From a virus (taxonomy: Duplodnaviria > Caudoviricetes), in IMG/VR virus record IMGVR_UViG_3300043570_000787, positions 973 to 64,972 of that record: DNA of 64,000 bases; one strand, 5' to 3'. Made by a program: the position numbers and the translations under genes. Below are positions 1 through 10,827 of the stretch, piece by piece. The notes beneath the pieces are model-generated. The model searched no databases, was not told the DNA's origin, and saw only the letters and a list, made by a program, of their open reading frames with translations. Numbering within the stretch: the first letter of the stretch is position 1; each line of letters begins with the position of its first letter.

Positions 1-1128
1 TTGATATGACTTTCCTTTTCCTGTATTGTCAACATACCAAGTTTTATTTTCTTTCTTATATAATACACCTGGTCTATCAGCATAAGTATATACTCCGTTA
101 GGTTTTTCTTTGGTTGATGCATCTATTAATGCCCTAGCTTGAGGTGTTGCTGATGCATAGTTTGGATCATAGTTAAAGTTTCTATATCCATTTTGCGTAT
201 ACATTTCGGCTTTACCTGGTACATTTGATTTAGTCAATTGATTAAATGCTAAACCTTGTGTAGTAGCAACATTTCCTCCTGCTGTTACTAAATTACTTTG
301 TCTGAAATCAGTTAAGTTACCTGCTCTTTGTTGTATAATTGAATTAGCAATATTTACAACGTCAGATTTATTAGCCTGCATTTTAACTGCATTCTTATTC
401 AATTCAGCAGTACGTTTAGCTACATTCTCATTTAACTTAATGTATTTACCTTTTCCTCCTGCATCTCGATACCAAGCTCCACCTTTGTATTTATATAAAT
501 CATTATTGTTGCCATATGTATAAACACCTTCTCCTTGAAGTCCTTTTTTAACAACAGGAACTTCTGCTTCAGGTACTTCAGTTTTAGTGACTTTAGGTTT
601 AACTTCAACTCTTCCCTGAGGATTAATTTTTACAGCAGTATTCTTATACTCATCTTTTACAGCTTGAGGATTTGATTGCTGAACTAATATTTCAGGATTA
701 TTTGGATCAGGAATAAATTCAATAGGTGCTTCTATTTCTTCTTCAGCAATTGGTTGAACGGCTGAACCTAATTGAGTACTTTCATCAACAATATCAACTG
801 GAACATCATAAATAGAATTGATATTATCATTTTCCTCTTCCTTAATCAATTCATTACCTTCTTCTACAGCAGGTGTTTGTGGAACTTCTTTTTGAACGAC
901 AGGTTGTTGTGGCTCTTCTACAATTGGACCTTGAGCCATAGCTGCTTGTTGAGCCATTGCTTGTTGTTCCGTTGGAACAGTAGCTTGTTGTGCTACAGGC
1001 TTATTTGGTTCGCCTTCAATAGGATTAATTTTTACATCAAATTGTTCAGGAGTTTGTGCATTTGTATCTTGCGATTGAATAGTATTACCCTCTCCTCCAG
1101 TTTGAGTTTGCATTAAATCTTGTTCCAT
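1..1128 (-). CDS. N-terminal part of a large putative ejection/cargo protein (runs off window start)
   Basis: ATG at 1128 (MEQDLMQTQTGGEG...), Q/P/A/E-rich N-terminus, no stop seen to the window edge; preceded by TATATTTG at 1144-1151; absent from the ORF track because it is truncated. Confidence 0.7.
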   Translation of the reverse strand, partial: MEQDLMQTQTGGEGNTIQSQDTNAQTPEQFDVKINPIEGEPNKPVAQQATVPTEQQAMAQQAAMAQGPIVEEPQQPVVQKEVPQTPAVEEGNELIKEEENDNINSIYDVPVDIVDESTQLGSAVQPIAEEEIEAPIEFIPDPNNPEILVQQSNPQAVKDEYKNTAVKINPQGRVEVKPKVTKTEVPEAEVPVVKKGLQGEGVYTYGNNNDLYKYKGGAWYRDAGGKGKYIKLNENVAKRTAELNKNAVKMQANKSDVVNIANSIIQQRAGNLTDFRQSNLVTAGGNVATTQGLAFNQLTKSNVPGKAEMYTQNGYRNFNYDPNYASATPQARALIDASTKEKPNGVYTYADRPGVLYKKENKTWYVDNTGKGKSYQ

Positions 1129-1166
1129 TATAAATATTTTATACAAATATAGCCAATGCGACTATA

Positions 1167-3590
1167 TTATTCATTTGACGATGATGCAGATCCTGATGAT
1201 TCAGATGATGTACCTCCTTGCATTGTGTAACCAAATTGTTTTTTGTCATCTCCCCATCTACTATCTTCTGATCTTCTTGAATTTTCATCATTAATATTAG
1301 CTTGACTATATATAGTTCCTGGCAATGCAATTGCTTGAGATTTAGTAGGGTCTGATTCTAATGGTTTTAAGTAATAAGCAGATCCAACAGAATTCTTTAT
1401 ATTTACAGCTCTATCTAATGAATAATCTCCAATGTTATTTGTATTTATTGGATTCATTTTACCTGTTTGACTACCTACTGAACCCCATGATGATTCATAA
1501 TATTGAGTCTTAAGTCCAAGTTGATTATTTTTAATGGCTGTCTTGTAAAGGTTTATTTCATAATCATTAAATTTCTTAAATGACTTACCATCTTGATACA
1601 TGAAAACACCTGGTTTTGAATTAGCTAATTCATTAGCAGTAATTGTTTTTGGTACTTTTTTACCATTTTTCAATACAAATACTTTAACCATTACAGGAGC
1701 TTGAGTATTGCTAGGATTTACTCTATAAGTTTTTGATGATTCATTAGGTGTAGCATTTTCTTTAAGCACTACTGAATTAGTATGTGAATCCCATGTAGCA
1801 GCTGTAAATCCATACTGTCTAGCTGTCTGAAGCATTTTATTTTTTAATGCAGTACCTGTCAGTCCTTGCTTTTTCATATCTATAAATTCCTGCTGAATTG
1901 TTTTACCTGTGGAAGGATTTGTAGATGACATCATGTTATTTCTAACAGTCCAAGGAGTTTCACCTTCCTTAATCTTTCTTGCGTATTCAGCATTAAACTG
2001 TCTCTTGTCTTCAGCTAATCTAGCAGCCTCTATATTACCTGAATCGACAAATTTATTTTCTAATTCAACTTGCTCTTGTAATTGACCAGCAACATAATTC
2101 ATTGCAGCATCTTTTTGTTGTGCGCTATACTTTGTTGATCCAATTAAACCATCAATAACCTGTTCGTAATTTCCAGTAAAGAATTTTTTGAATCCACTAA
2201 TATACTCAGTCTGTTTTAATGTACCACCACCAAGTTTCTGCATGAATTGATCTCTTTCAGCAACAAAAGTAGGATCATCATATACACCACCAGTACGCAT
2301 ATTAATAGGTAATCTACCAACTCTATTAGGGTCCAATACCTCTTTAAGTACTTTATCTACTTGAGGAATTATGTTCTGATACACCTGTGCCTTAGCAAAA
2401 AGTGGAGCCAAATCTTTCTTACCCGTAAGTATTCCATCAAGATCATCAACAAGTGCTCTCTTAATGTCTTGAGCATTTTTGACTTGTTCAGGATCAATGA
2501 ACTTAGTATCATCAGCAGCGTCTTTCAATACACTACTAGCATATGCATCATATCCATTAACATTCTTAGCTACAGCCTCTAACCTTGAAAACTCTCTTCT
2601 TGATTCAGGATCGGCTAAAAATGCATTTACATTTCCACCATGTTTCTTATATAGTAAGTTATCCATTGCATCATTGACAGTCTCGTTAAATTTAGGTTTA
2701 AACTGAGAAGCGATATCAATACCTGAATAATATTTATCTAATGCAGTTTGTTTAGCTTTAGCTGATTCATTCAATGCTCTTTTTCTAGCATCGTAAAGTC
2801 CTTGAGGTAATAATCCTCCTGCTCCTGAATAAATAGTTTGACTACCTATTCTACTTCCACTAAACGTGCCCACAGCGATATCTCTACCAATCTCAGGGTA
2901 GTAATCTTGTACTCCTAGTTTTTCAACTACAGCCTCCGGAATGTTACTCGTTAAATCTCTATAGTCTTTGGCAATATCTTTTTCTACTTGCTCTTTGTTT
3001 GCTATAGACTCATATGGTGGTCTTATTGGACCTTTTGGACCTCCAGTTACAGCATTATATGCAGCAGGAGCTACACGTACATTCTCTACGGTTTCATTAG
3101 CTGTTTGATTAGCTAATTGATTTGCAGTTGCTTGCCCATATGCTTGCTTTTGCTCCTCAGACATATTAGTAAATGCATTAACTGCATTAACATCTAAATT
3201 AGCTTGTATTTTTTCAGCTTCCTTCTTAGCTTCCTCTGCTACTTTCGGTGCTTCCAATACTTGCCCTGCTGTCTCAGCGTTATCAATACCTGCTTTAAGT
3301 ACAGCATTCTCTGTTGTTTGAGCTGCGGTATTTGATTGAATGGCATTGTTTAGTGCTGTTCCTGGAGCGACATATTGACCTGCTCCAGTAGTAGTTACTT
3401 TTCCTGATCCAGAATCAATAGTAACTGAATTACCTCCTAATAATGGCTCTTCTTCCTCTGTTGTAGGAGTAGTTACTTCTGAAGTTTTTGATACTACTTC
3501 AGCTACTTTACCATTTGTTAAATTATCTTGAATAGGTGTAGCTTCTGTTGTAGATACTACCTCGGCTATTCTTCTTTGTCTCTTAGCCAT
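1167..3590 (-). CDS. putative internal virion/ejection protein (807 aa)
   Basis: long ORF with low-complexity A/T/E-rich N-terminus, located after the tail genes as for podovirus ejection proteins. Confidence 0.55.
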   Translation of the reverse strand: MAKRQRRIAEVVSTTEATPIQDNLTNGKVAEVVSKTSEVTTPTTEEEEPLLGGNSVTIDSGSGKVTTTGAGQYVAPGTALNNAIQSNTAAQTTENAVLKAGIDNAETAGQVLEAPKVAEEAKKEAEKIQANLDVNAVNAFTNMSEEQKQAYGQATANQLANQTANETVENVRVAPAAYNAVTGGPKGPIRPPYESIANKEQVEKDIAKDYRDLTSNIPEAVVEKLGVQDYYPEIGRDIAVGTFSGSRIGSQTIYSGAGGLLPQGLYDARKRALNESAKAKQTALDKYYSGIDIASQFKPKFNETVNDAMDNLLYKKHGGNVNAFLADPESRREFSRLEAVAKNVNGYDAYASSVLKDAADDTKFIDPEQVKNAQDIKRALVDDLDGILTGKKDLAPLFAKAQVYQNIIPQVDKVLKEVLDPNRVGRLPINMRTGGVYDDPTFVAERDQFMQKLGGGTLKQTEYISGFKKFFTGNYEQVIDGLIGSTKYSAQQKDAAMNYVAGQLQEQVELENKFVDSGNIEAARLAEDKRQFNAEYARKIKEGETPWTVRNNMMSSTNPSTGKTIQQEFIDMKKQGLTGTALKNKMLQTARQYGFTAATWDSHTNSVVLKENATPNESSKTYRVNPSNTQAPVMVKVFVLKNGKKVPKTITANELANSKPGVFMYQDGKSFKKFNDYEINLYKTAIKNNQLGLKTQYYESSWGSVGSQTGKMNPINTNNIGDYSLDRAVNIKNSVGSAYYLKPLESDPTKSQAIALPGTIYSQANINDENSRRSEDSRWGDDKKQFGYTMQGGTSSESSGSASSSNE

Positions 3591-3592
3591 AA

Positions 3593-4270
3593 TTATTGTC
3601 CTAATCCCATTATACTCATTAGTGATGCCCCTTGTTGAGCAAATGCAGGCGTTGTTGCTGTAGTTGCAGTTGCTGCTGTTTCGTCATTCTTAAGGACTCC
3701 TATGCCCATTCCTTTTTTCTTTTGAGCAGGTGTACCTTGTCCTTTGTTAGCACCAAGGGTAGCTAATAAGTTCTGAGTTCCTGCTTTCATTTGATTCTCA
3801 GCCTGAGCAGATAATCTATTTGATCTAAGTAATGCTAAGTCATTAGATAAATTAGCCATTCCTTTAACTTGTTCAGCCTCCATTCCTAATACTTGATTCA
3901 ATTGCTGACCATTTGCTGCAGCTAAGTTACCTGCGGCATTCTGCATTAATTGATTGTATTGACCAAAGTTAACAGGGCCTCCTGCTCTCATAGCTCCAGT
4001 CTGATAACCTTTTGCCATTTGACGCATAGCAGCTCTATCAGCTGTTCCTGCGGTTCCTGTTTGTAATGCTTGTCTCCTACGTCTGATTGTATTGAGCATC
4101 TGACGCTCCATTGGATTCTCAGACATTGGGATAGCAGCATCAGCTTTCTTTCTATTGATAGCTCCTGCAATCATTTGACCTGCTGCAAGTCCTAATTTAG
4201 CACCTTGTCCTTGAAATTTTTCCATCATTTCAGGGGCCTTACTCATTAACATTCCTAATCCTGGGACCAT
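3593..4270 (-). CDS. putative small ejection/pilot protein (225 aa)
   Basis: G/A/Q/M-rich helical composition typical of podovirus ejection proteins; directly follows the large tail protein. Confidence 0.6.
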   Translation of the reverse strand: MVPGLGMLMSKAPEMMEKFQGQGAKLGLAAGQMIAGAINRKKADAAIPMSENPMERQMLNTIRRRRQALQTGTAGTADRAAMRQMAKGYQTGAMRAGGPVNFGQYNQLMQNAAGNLAAANGQQLNQVLGMEAEQVKGMANLSNDLALLRSNRLSAQAENQMKAGTQNLLATLGANKGQGTPAQKKKGMGIGVLKNDETAATATTATTPAFAQQGASLMSIMGLGQ

Positions 4271-4296
4271 AATATATATTTTTTCAAATTTAACAA

Positions 4297-7200
4297 TTAT
4301 TTTAATGCTTTGTATTGTACAGCGGTAGATGTAACTAAGAATTCTTCATCTAATGTACTGACAATCTTGAATATTGCAACACGTCCTTGGTTTCTTTCGA
4401 ACGGTGCAGTTGCTGATCTAGGGATATAGCATTCATATCCGAAGTAATCTTTTATGCTTAAAGGTACGGCATTTGCATCAATTACTGAATCAAATGTATC
4501 AGTTTTATAATCAGCAAATGATTTGTAGAAGTAAATCTTTTCAGGCTTACTATTTGAGTTAACTCTGATTCTAATGAACTCTTTGTCAGCAATAATATCT
4601 TTATCAGATACACCTGTCAAATAACATTCCATGTCAACTCCATTCATCTGATTACCAATACCTAATTGATATGTACCCGAACCTTTCATTCCAAATAAAT
4701 TGTTCTTATAGTACAAATACTTATCGTAGTTGTATGAGCTTTGACACTGCAATGCAGACTGTTGAATACCGTAGATTAATGTACTGAACTCAGGGGCTTC
4801 ATCCTTTGTACATACATTCATAATATACTCTTTAGTTAACACGTTGAATCCTCCTGACAACTTGGCATCGTATCCTTCACCAATCAATTGGTTGTATTTA
4901 CGGTTAAGTAATTCAAAGAATCCTGTTCTTGCAATCTCATTCAATTGGTTGTCAGAGAATGTGTAAGCAGAGATACCATTAGCAAAGAATATAGCATTTG
5001 AATATTCAGCCCAACTTCTCCATGTCTCATCAGACATACCGATAGTCTTATCTATCCAAAGTTGATTTAAGATGCCACCTACATCTGATCCAACTGTCGC
5101 TAACTCATTTGCATTAATCTCGTGGATAACGCGCTTATCAACAAGTAATAAACAAACTCCGCTATCTGTAAATGCATAAAGGTTATTACCCTTATCATTA
5201 GACAATGCGCTCCATCCAAACTTAATTTCACCTGTATCATCAGAGATATCAAAGTAATTAGATGAAGGGAATGTTTTGATTGATGGTGTATTCTGAACAT
5301 TCATAGGTCTTTTCAATGACCAAATGATACGTGTACAGAAATCTGTTTGCTCTTCAAAGCCTACCGATGGTATAGTAGTAAACGTATTTGTTGACTGATC
5401 CTTAGAGTAATCAAGATTAGTCTGAAGTTCATTCATAGTAAATCTAAATCCACCTTTGTCCCATAGATTCCATTCGTATCCATAGTCATCAAAGTATTCA
5501 GGCTTTAAATTATTATCTGACTCAAACTGAGTTCTGTCTCCCGGATCACTAGTGTTCCATTTGTTAGGTCTCGGAATATAATTTATTAATGGGTAATATT
5601 GATCGCTTACAGCTTTATCAGGTTGTTCTACATTGAATGCAAATGATAAATTGATTCTTGTTTCAGCTGTCCATACAGTAACTAACTGACGGATAAATGA
5701 TGAGTGTGTACCGATGCTATCACAGAATTCAAATTGTTCATTGAAATTGTAATTCCATGGACTAGTATTTTCCCATGTTGGATATGTATCTACATACTCA
5801 TATGTCTTCAATGGGAATGGTGAGTTCATTTTAAACTCATTGTCTGGGAATAACCATCCTCCATCTGTTCCTGAAGGCTCCCCATTATTATTATAATTGT
5901 TATCAATAGGAGCCCAAATAGATTCATTGATATAAGTATCTCCACCAAATACACGAACAGGAATACGATTATCATATTGAACATATACTTTAGATCCTGC
6001 CGGTACTACTGAAAATGCTGTGTAACCTACTATATTATTGAAGTTTAGAGTGAATACTCTACATACTCCGTCACTATCACCTGCTGTTTCTGTGCTTGTA
6101 TATACACCATATATGGGGAATCCATTGGTTAATGTAGCATTACTATAAGGAACACCTGCTGCTAATCCTGTTAGTACAGTTGTCAAATCACCACCACTAA
6201 AGAATTGAACATTCATCCATCTACGAGATACTCCATTAGCATCCTCTACATAAACAAATCTTTTAAAACTTGTATAAGCAGCAGATGTTTGTCCTGTGAT
6301 TTGTGGAATACAATCTTCCCATCTTTCAGATACTAATACAGCACTTTGAGTAGTAGCACCTGTTGATTCAAGAACTAATGACTTAAATTTAATAAAGTTA
6401 GCCCCATACTTATATTGAGTAGTAAGCCCAGGATTAATATCCGTAGTCTTTATGATATTCAATACATACATTGGCTCTCTCCACTCCATAACGCCTTCTA
6501 CATCTGCGTTCTTACTTACATTTGCAGGAGTATTCATTCCTGATCTATTGTAAATAGCACCAAGTCCAGAGTCATTAACTCTCACTTTGAAATAACTTTG
6601 TCTAGTAGAATTAGTCGTTACTTCATCAAATTCTAATATAGGAAATTGTTTGTTTCCACTTCCATTACTTGGATATGCAGGAGAGCTACCCGTAGTGTAG
6701 TTTGTGTATCTTCCATAAGCTACATATCTATAGTTTAACAATGGAAAAGTAGCATCATTAATACCTGATTGATCTGCAATAACAGGATTTAAAGGAGTCA
6801 AATCTCTATCTCTTAAAATACGAGCATAGGTAATCATATCAGCAGATTTTCTTCTCTGAGATCCTGTATCATTTCTACTGCTATACACTTCAGTAAAATA
6901 ACCTAATGGAGATACTAATTGTAATTTATATCCACTTGGGTTATTAATAATGTCATTTGCAATATCAGGATATAGTAATTCTAAATCAGGGAAGTACGCC
7001 CAAAACGTATCGACATCTTTCTGAGTATCAGCACCAAATACACCTTCAGCAGGCTTCAATGAATAGAATCCAAGTCCTTGAGCAATAACTTGTTGAGCAG
7101 GATCAGTCTGAACTACAGAGAATCCATCTGCCCATGAAGGCCAAGAGTTAATACCCTTGAAACCAAATCCTTGAGAGTAATAATTTAAACCAAATCCATC

Positions 7201-8868
7201 AGGAGTATAATCTTGCCAAGTAGGAGCTATACCAGAATTTGCAGCTACTCTAGAGTTTACTGCTTTATTTAATTTATTTCTAGTGTCAAATTGAGATGTA
7301 GGAGATAACGCTTCATACGTCTCATCATCTTTATAATTGTATAAGTAAGGATCAACTGATCTATCATCATCTTGACCTGTTTTCTCTACAGCATCATAAT
7401 GATCAAATACTTCGTGAGTTTTTGTAACTACACCATCAGTATTAGCAGCTCTAACCACACCTTTATATGACGTATAATTAGTTTCTGTTAAGTCTGTAAT
7501 GATACTTCTTCTGTTCGGGAACTCAAAATTGGTCGCATTAGGGATTTGCGTGGCATATGATGGATTATTATTCTTATCGAATAGTACGATACCAAAGCCT
7601 GTCTTTTCTCCTCGCATATTGCTTCTATGCATTGCCGCATTATATACGTGCTTATGTCCGGGCTTACCCATGTTCTCAATAGTAGCAAATCTACCAGTTA
7701 CAGAACTGTCTACAAATCCAATTTCCCCTTGAATATTCTTAGAGTCATACCCAATATTCATTAGATATAATCTCTCATTGTAGTATCTAATAGCTTTAGC
7801 TCTTCTAACTGAAGAACCTGTATCAGTCTGCTCGTCAAGAGTCAAAATTGTTGATCCTTCAAATGTAGCTTCTGCTCTATCTAGTACGTCAATTACTTCC
7901 ATTCCATCAACTACAGGAATACTAGCAATAATTTCAGATACAGGAGCAACTCCAATCGGGTCTCCTGCATACCAAGAATCTCTTCTTAGTTCAATAAATG
8001 CAAATTGACTATCGTTTTGATATCTAATTCTAATGTGATTTCCGTAAGGAGTTGAAGACGTAATATCAGGTGCACTAGAAAACGTTCTAGAATGAGGATA
8101 TTGTGGCTCATTCTTAGGGCTATTGTTTCTAACTACAGGGATTAATTCTGTAATATGCGAGAATGGAGTAGCTTCACCTTGATCATCAACAAATCTATAT
8201 GAGTAAGAATAACTACCTACACATAATCCTGAAGTTCCAATAACTACATCATATCCCGATGTACCTGTAACTTGCTTAATAAATGCAGGTTTGTAAAGTG
8301 TAGCTGAAACTTGTACCGTGTAATCTTCTACATTGAAGTCAACAAAGTAAGTTGGCGTACAAGTTGTTCCAGGATTCATGCCTGAATTATCCATTAAGTC
8401 TTTAATTGAAAAAACTAATGGAGGTGTGTTGTTATTTGTTACGTAAATCTCTCCACCTATGCAACTCTCATTCTTATCGTATTGTAGTGGATAGTCTAAA
8501 TCAAATGGTAAATCAATAGAATATGCGACAATTTTACCGTCTACTCTAATTATAGGGTACTCTGTTACCACTGATGATGCCCATATCTCTACAATGTGTC
8601 CATTTACTTCTTGTGCCATCATGCACTCATATCCTGTAAACGTCAGTGTACCAATTGGATTACATCTATTGTCTATTAAACGGAATAGAATCTCCTCTCC
8701 TTTAATTTTCTTTTTAGCAAAGTTATCTCCATCCATAGAGATACTACGCATATTTAACGCATCAAGGTGCTCTCCATTTGGTGATAAACCTAGTATCTCT
8801 TTGTTTGAGTCAGAATTAATGCCCTTCTCATACGTCTTAATATCTTGGGGATGATGCTGTTGCTTCAT
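4297..8868 (-). CDS. large tail protein, muzzle/tail-stabilisation-like (1523 aa)
   Basis: N-terminus KGINSDS...DALNMR resembles crAss-like muzzle/stabilisation proteins; beta-rich; synteny after ring-like genes. Confidence 0.65.
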   Translation of the reverse strand: MKQQHHPQDIKTYEKGINSDSNKEILGLSPNGEHLDALNMRSISMDGDNFAKKKIKGEEILFRLIDNRCNPIGTLTFTGYECMMAQEVNGHIVEIWASSVVTEYPIIRVDGKIVAYSIDLPFDLDYPLQYDKNESCIGGEIYVTNNNTPPLVFSIKDLMDNSGMNPGTTCTPTYFVDFNVEDYTVQVSATLYKPAFIKQVTGTSGYDVVIGTSGLCVGSYSYSYRFVDDQGEATPFSHITELIPVVRNNSPKNEPQYPHSRTFSSAPDITSSTPYGNHIRIRYQNDSQFAFIELRRDSWYAGDPIGVAPVSEIIASIPVVDGMEVIDVLDRAEATFEGSTILTLDEQTDTGSSVRRAKAIRYYNERLYLMNIGYDSKNIQGEIGFVDSSVTGRFATIENMGKPGHKHVYNAAMHRSNMRGEKTGFGIVLFDKNNNPSYATQIPNATNFEFPNRRSIITDLTETNYTSYKGVVRAANTDGVVTKTHEVFDHYDAVEKTGQDDDRSVDPYLYNYKDDETYEALSPTSQFDTRNKLNKAVNSRVAANSGIAPTWQDYTPDGFGLNYYSQGFGFKGINSWPSWADGFSVVQTDPAQQVIAQGLGFYSLKPAEGVFGADTQKDVDTFWAYFPDLELLYPDIANDIINNPSGYKLQLVSPLGYFTEVYSSRNDTGSQRRKSADMITYARILRDRDLTPLNPVIADQSGINDATFPLLNYRYVAYGRYTNYTTGSSPAYPSNGSGNKQFPILEFDEVTTNSTRQSYFKVRVNDSGLGAIYNRSGMNTPANVSKNADVEGVMEWREPMYVLNIIKTTDINPGLTTQYKYGANFIKFKSLVLESTGATTQSAVLVSERWEDCIPQITGQTSAAYTSFKRFVYVEDANGVSRRWMNVQFFSGGDLTTVLTGLAAGVPYSNATLTNGFPIYGVYTSTETAGDSDGVCRVFTLNFNNIVGYTAFSVVPAGSKVYVQYDNRIPVRVFGGDTYINESIWAPIDNNYNNNGEPSGTDGGWLFPDNEFKMNSPFPLKTYEYVDTYPTWENTSPWNYNFNEQFEFCDSIGTHSSFIRQLVTVWTAETRINLSFAFNVEQPDKAVSDQYYPLINYIPRPNKWNTSDPGDRTQFESDNNLKPEYFDDYGYEWNLWDKGGFRFTMNELQTNLDYSKDQSTNTFTTIPSVGFEEQTDFCTRIIWSLKRPMNVQNTPSIKTFPSSNYFDISDDTGEIKFGWSALSNDKGNNLYAFTDSGVCLLLVDKRVIHEINANELATVGSDVGGILNQLWIDKTIGMSDETWRSWAEYSNAIFFANGISAYTFSDNQLNEIARTGFFELLNRKYNQLIGEGYDAKLSGGFNVLTKEYIMNVCTKDEAPEFSTLIYGIQQSALQCQSSYNYDKYLYYKNNLFGMKGSGTYQLGIGNQMNGVDMECYLTGVSDKDIIADKEFIRIRVNSNSKPEKIYFYKSFADYKTDTFDSVIDANAVPLSIKDYFGYECYIPRSATAPFERNQGRVAIFKIVSTLDEEFLVTSTAVQYKALK

Positions 8869-9062
8869 TGATCTTTTTTAAATGGGAATCTCTTATTTAA
8901 AGTATCTTTTCGTTTGTTGCAGCTACTACAGCCACCCGATTTATCTCCAGATGCTTTAGCTACAAATTTAGCAACTTTATCCATTTGTGTGATTCTAGCT
9001 ACTTTCTCGACTACATCTCCTAATCCCTGCATCTGTGTCATATGAAATATGTTGTTTACCAT
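8865..9062 (-). CDS. small conserved phage protein (GLGD...CxxCxxRK..LN motif)
   Basis: 65-aa ORF translationally coupled to neighbours; motif recalled from Bacteroidota phage hypotheticals. Confidence 0.6.
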   Translation of the reverse strand: MVNNIFHMTQMQGLGDVVEKVARITQMDKVAKFVAKASGDKSGGCSSCNKRKDTLNKRFPFKKDQ

Positions 9063-9328
9063 TTTACTTTATTAGCCCAATAAGCTGCACTCATCTTTCC
9101 TTTAGCAATATTCTTTGCATGACGAGACTTAAATCTGCTTCTTCTACTTGCATAAGCAGCTGATTCTCCTTCTTTCTTCGGGGAACCTTTTACTCCTTGC
9201 TGACCAAAACGAATAATCTTCTCAACTCCATTAGCACAAGCCTTAACGACATGTGACTTGGTAGCGTGACCAGGAGTACTCTTCGGTGAGTTGCATTTCA
9301 TCAACTCTTTCTTAAGTTGTTTAGGCAT
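9056..9328 (-). CDS. small basic protein (RFGQQG...RFKSRH...SAAYW)
   Basis: 90 aa, K/R-rich, in the structural operon. Confidence 0.65.
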   Translation of the reverse strand: MPKQLKKELMKCNSPKSTPGHATKSHVVKACANGVEKIIRFGQQGVKGSPKKEGESAAYASRRSRFKSRHAKNIAKGKMSAAYWANKVKW

Positions 9329-9330
9329 AA

Positions 9331-10101
9331 TTATTTATGATACATTGATGAGATGTATTCTTCCATAGATTCTTTCTCTTTTGAATCCATAGATTTAATA
9401 CGTTTTCTTGCTTTATTCCAACTACCTGAAGTTAAGTCATTTAATTTGCTAAATGAATCTTGCCATAATGGACGATACATACGTACATCTCTTGACTTCA
9501 TTGCATTGTAGAATTTCTCCTCTACGTAATCAACTACTGCACGCTCAAAGAAACGTGGAATAGTAGGCATATCTCCATTCTCTACACCCATTCCGTTGAA
9601 TACAATACGAACATAAGGGAAGCCACCACATTCTTTACTGAACATGATCAATCCGTTAAGTACATTGTAGTAGAATTTAGGCCCGTAGAAACCTGCTTGA
9701 TTATGCGTATAAATACGTTGATTTGGCTGATAGATGTCTGATCCATTACTTCCATCGTCTTTTACTTTGGCAGTATATCCATTTCCATCTGCTGTATTGT
9801 TGAATAAACGTTTCCAATATACTACTTGGCTCTTTGTAGGGTTACATAATGAGCCATTGTACATATAGATCTCACGAATATTAAATACGTTCTTAGGCAT
9901 CTCAATTTGGAAGTTATCAGGCATTTCATAATCATGCTGAATCTTCAACCAAAATGTATCAAATGACAACTCTTGTATTGCATCTTGAATACGTGAGATA
10001 TACCATCCTTTTGGGAATCCCTTCTTATAATCAGTGTCATTTACAGTAGCAGTAATCTCTGCTAATAAATGCTCTATGGATACAAAATCGTTAGCTGTCA
10101 T
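9331..10101 (-). CDS. tail tubular/ring (head-tail adaptor) protein
   Basis: 256 aa, third of three similar-sized genes between capsid and large tail gene; C-terminal PTIPRFFERAVVDYV pattern typical of adaptors. Confidence 0.55.
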   Translation of the reverse strand: MTANDFVSIEHLLAEITATVNDTDYKKGFPKGWYISRIQDAIQELSFDTFWLKIQHDYEMPDNFQIEMPKNVFNIREIYMYNGSLCNPTKSQVVYWKRLFNNTADGNGYTAKVKDDGSNGSDIYQPNQRIYTHNQAGFYGPKFYYNVLNGLIMFSKECGGFPYVRIVFNGMGVENGDMPTIPRFFERAVVDYVEEKFYNAMKSRDVRMYRPLWQDSFSKLNDLTSGSWNKARKRIKSMDSKEKESMEEYISSMYHK

Positions 10102-10826
10102 TATTCTGCTTGTTGTTGAGTTGTTTCAGGTAAATTTATGGATCTATTTGCATACATCTGAGTATTCAATTCTGCACCGTCTTCACCATCATTAATATTT
10201 TCTTTAGGCATTAACATTACAAATCTACCTAATTGTAGTACTTGCATCATTAAGTCCTGAATCATTTCGTCTGGTAATGGAATCTCATCGTCAAGACTAC
10301 ATACTTGTTTTGGATCTAGTGTTGCTTTAATTGCAATCTCTAAATCAATAACATCAACGCACTCAAGTCCTAATAAATAGATTCTATTTACCTTAACTCC
10401 ATCAATATGGTCACCAATTCTATAGAAATAAGGATTCTTAGCACTAGGTTTAGTGTATTCATCAAGGTATAAGTGTTGAACACTACCTAAATTTACTCCC
10501 TGAAACCATACCTGAGCGAAAGATGGTCCTTCACAATGGCAAGTTTCTTCGTTATATGTGATATAGATTACCCCTGAGTTATTTGGAAGATCCATGATCT
10601 GAGCAGGTAAGTCTATGTATTTTCTTCCTTTGGTATCTGTTAATACAGGTACATTATTAAATGTAGATGTAAACAAATCAGTATTAGTAGCTATAGTTTG
10701 CTGTAGACGCATTCTATTAGCAACTACCATCACCCAATACATTATTTGATTTAAGGTGAAGTCAGCATCATCAAATGCAGCATTAAAGCTCTTATCTAGA
10801 TCATATATTACGTATCTGTATGTCAT
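10101..10826 (-). CDS. tail tubular/ring protein
   Basis: 241 aa; C-terminal DDEIPLPDEMIQDL pattern resembles crAss-like ring proteins; synteny. Confidence 0.6.
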   Translation of the reverse strand: MTYRYVIYDLDKSFNAAFDDADFTLNQIMYWVMVVANRMRLQQTIATNTDLFTSTFNNVPVLTDTKGRKYIDLPAQIMDLPNNSGVIYITYNEETCHCEGPSFAQVWFQGVNLGSVQHLYLDEYTKPSAKNPYFYRIGDHIDGVKVNRIYLLGLECVDVIDLEIAIKATLDPKQVCSLDDEIPLPDEMIQDLMMQVLQLGRFVMLMPKENINDGEDGAELNTQMYANRSINLPETTQQQAE

Positions 10827-10827
10827 C

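Noticed and set aside
772-1116. plus-strand 114-aa ORF and similar antisense ORFs (e.g. 20522-20938, 22595-23050, 31300-31734, 45317-45682, 59580-59912)
   Set aside because: shadow frames fully overlapping well-supported genes on the opposite strand, with biased S/L/F composition
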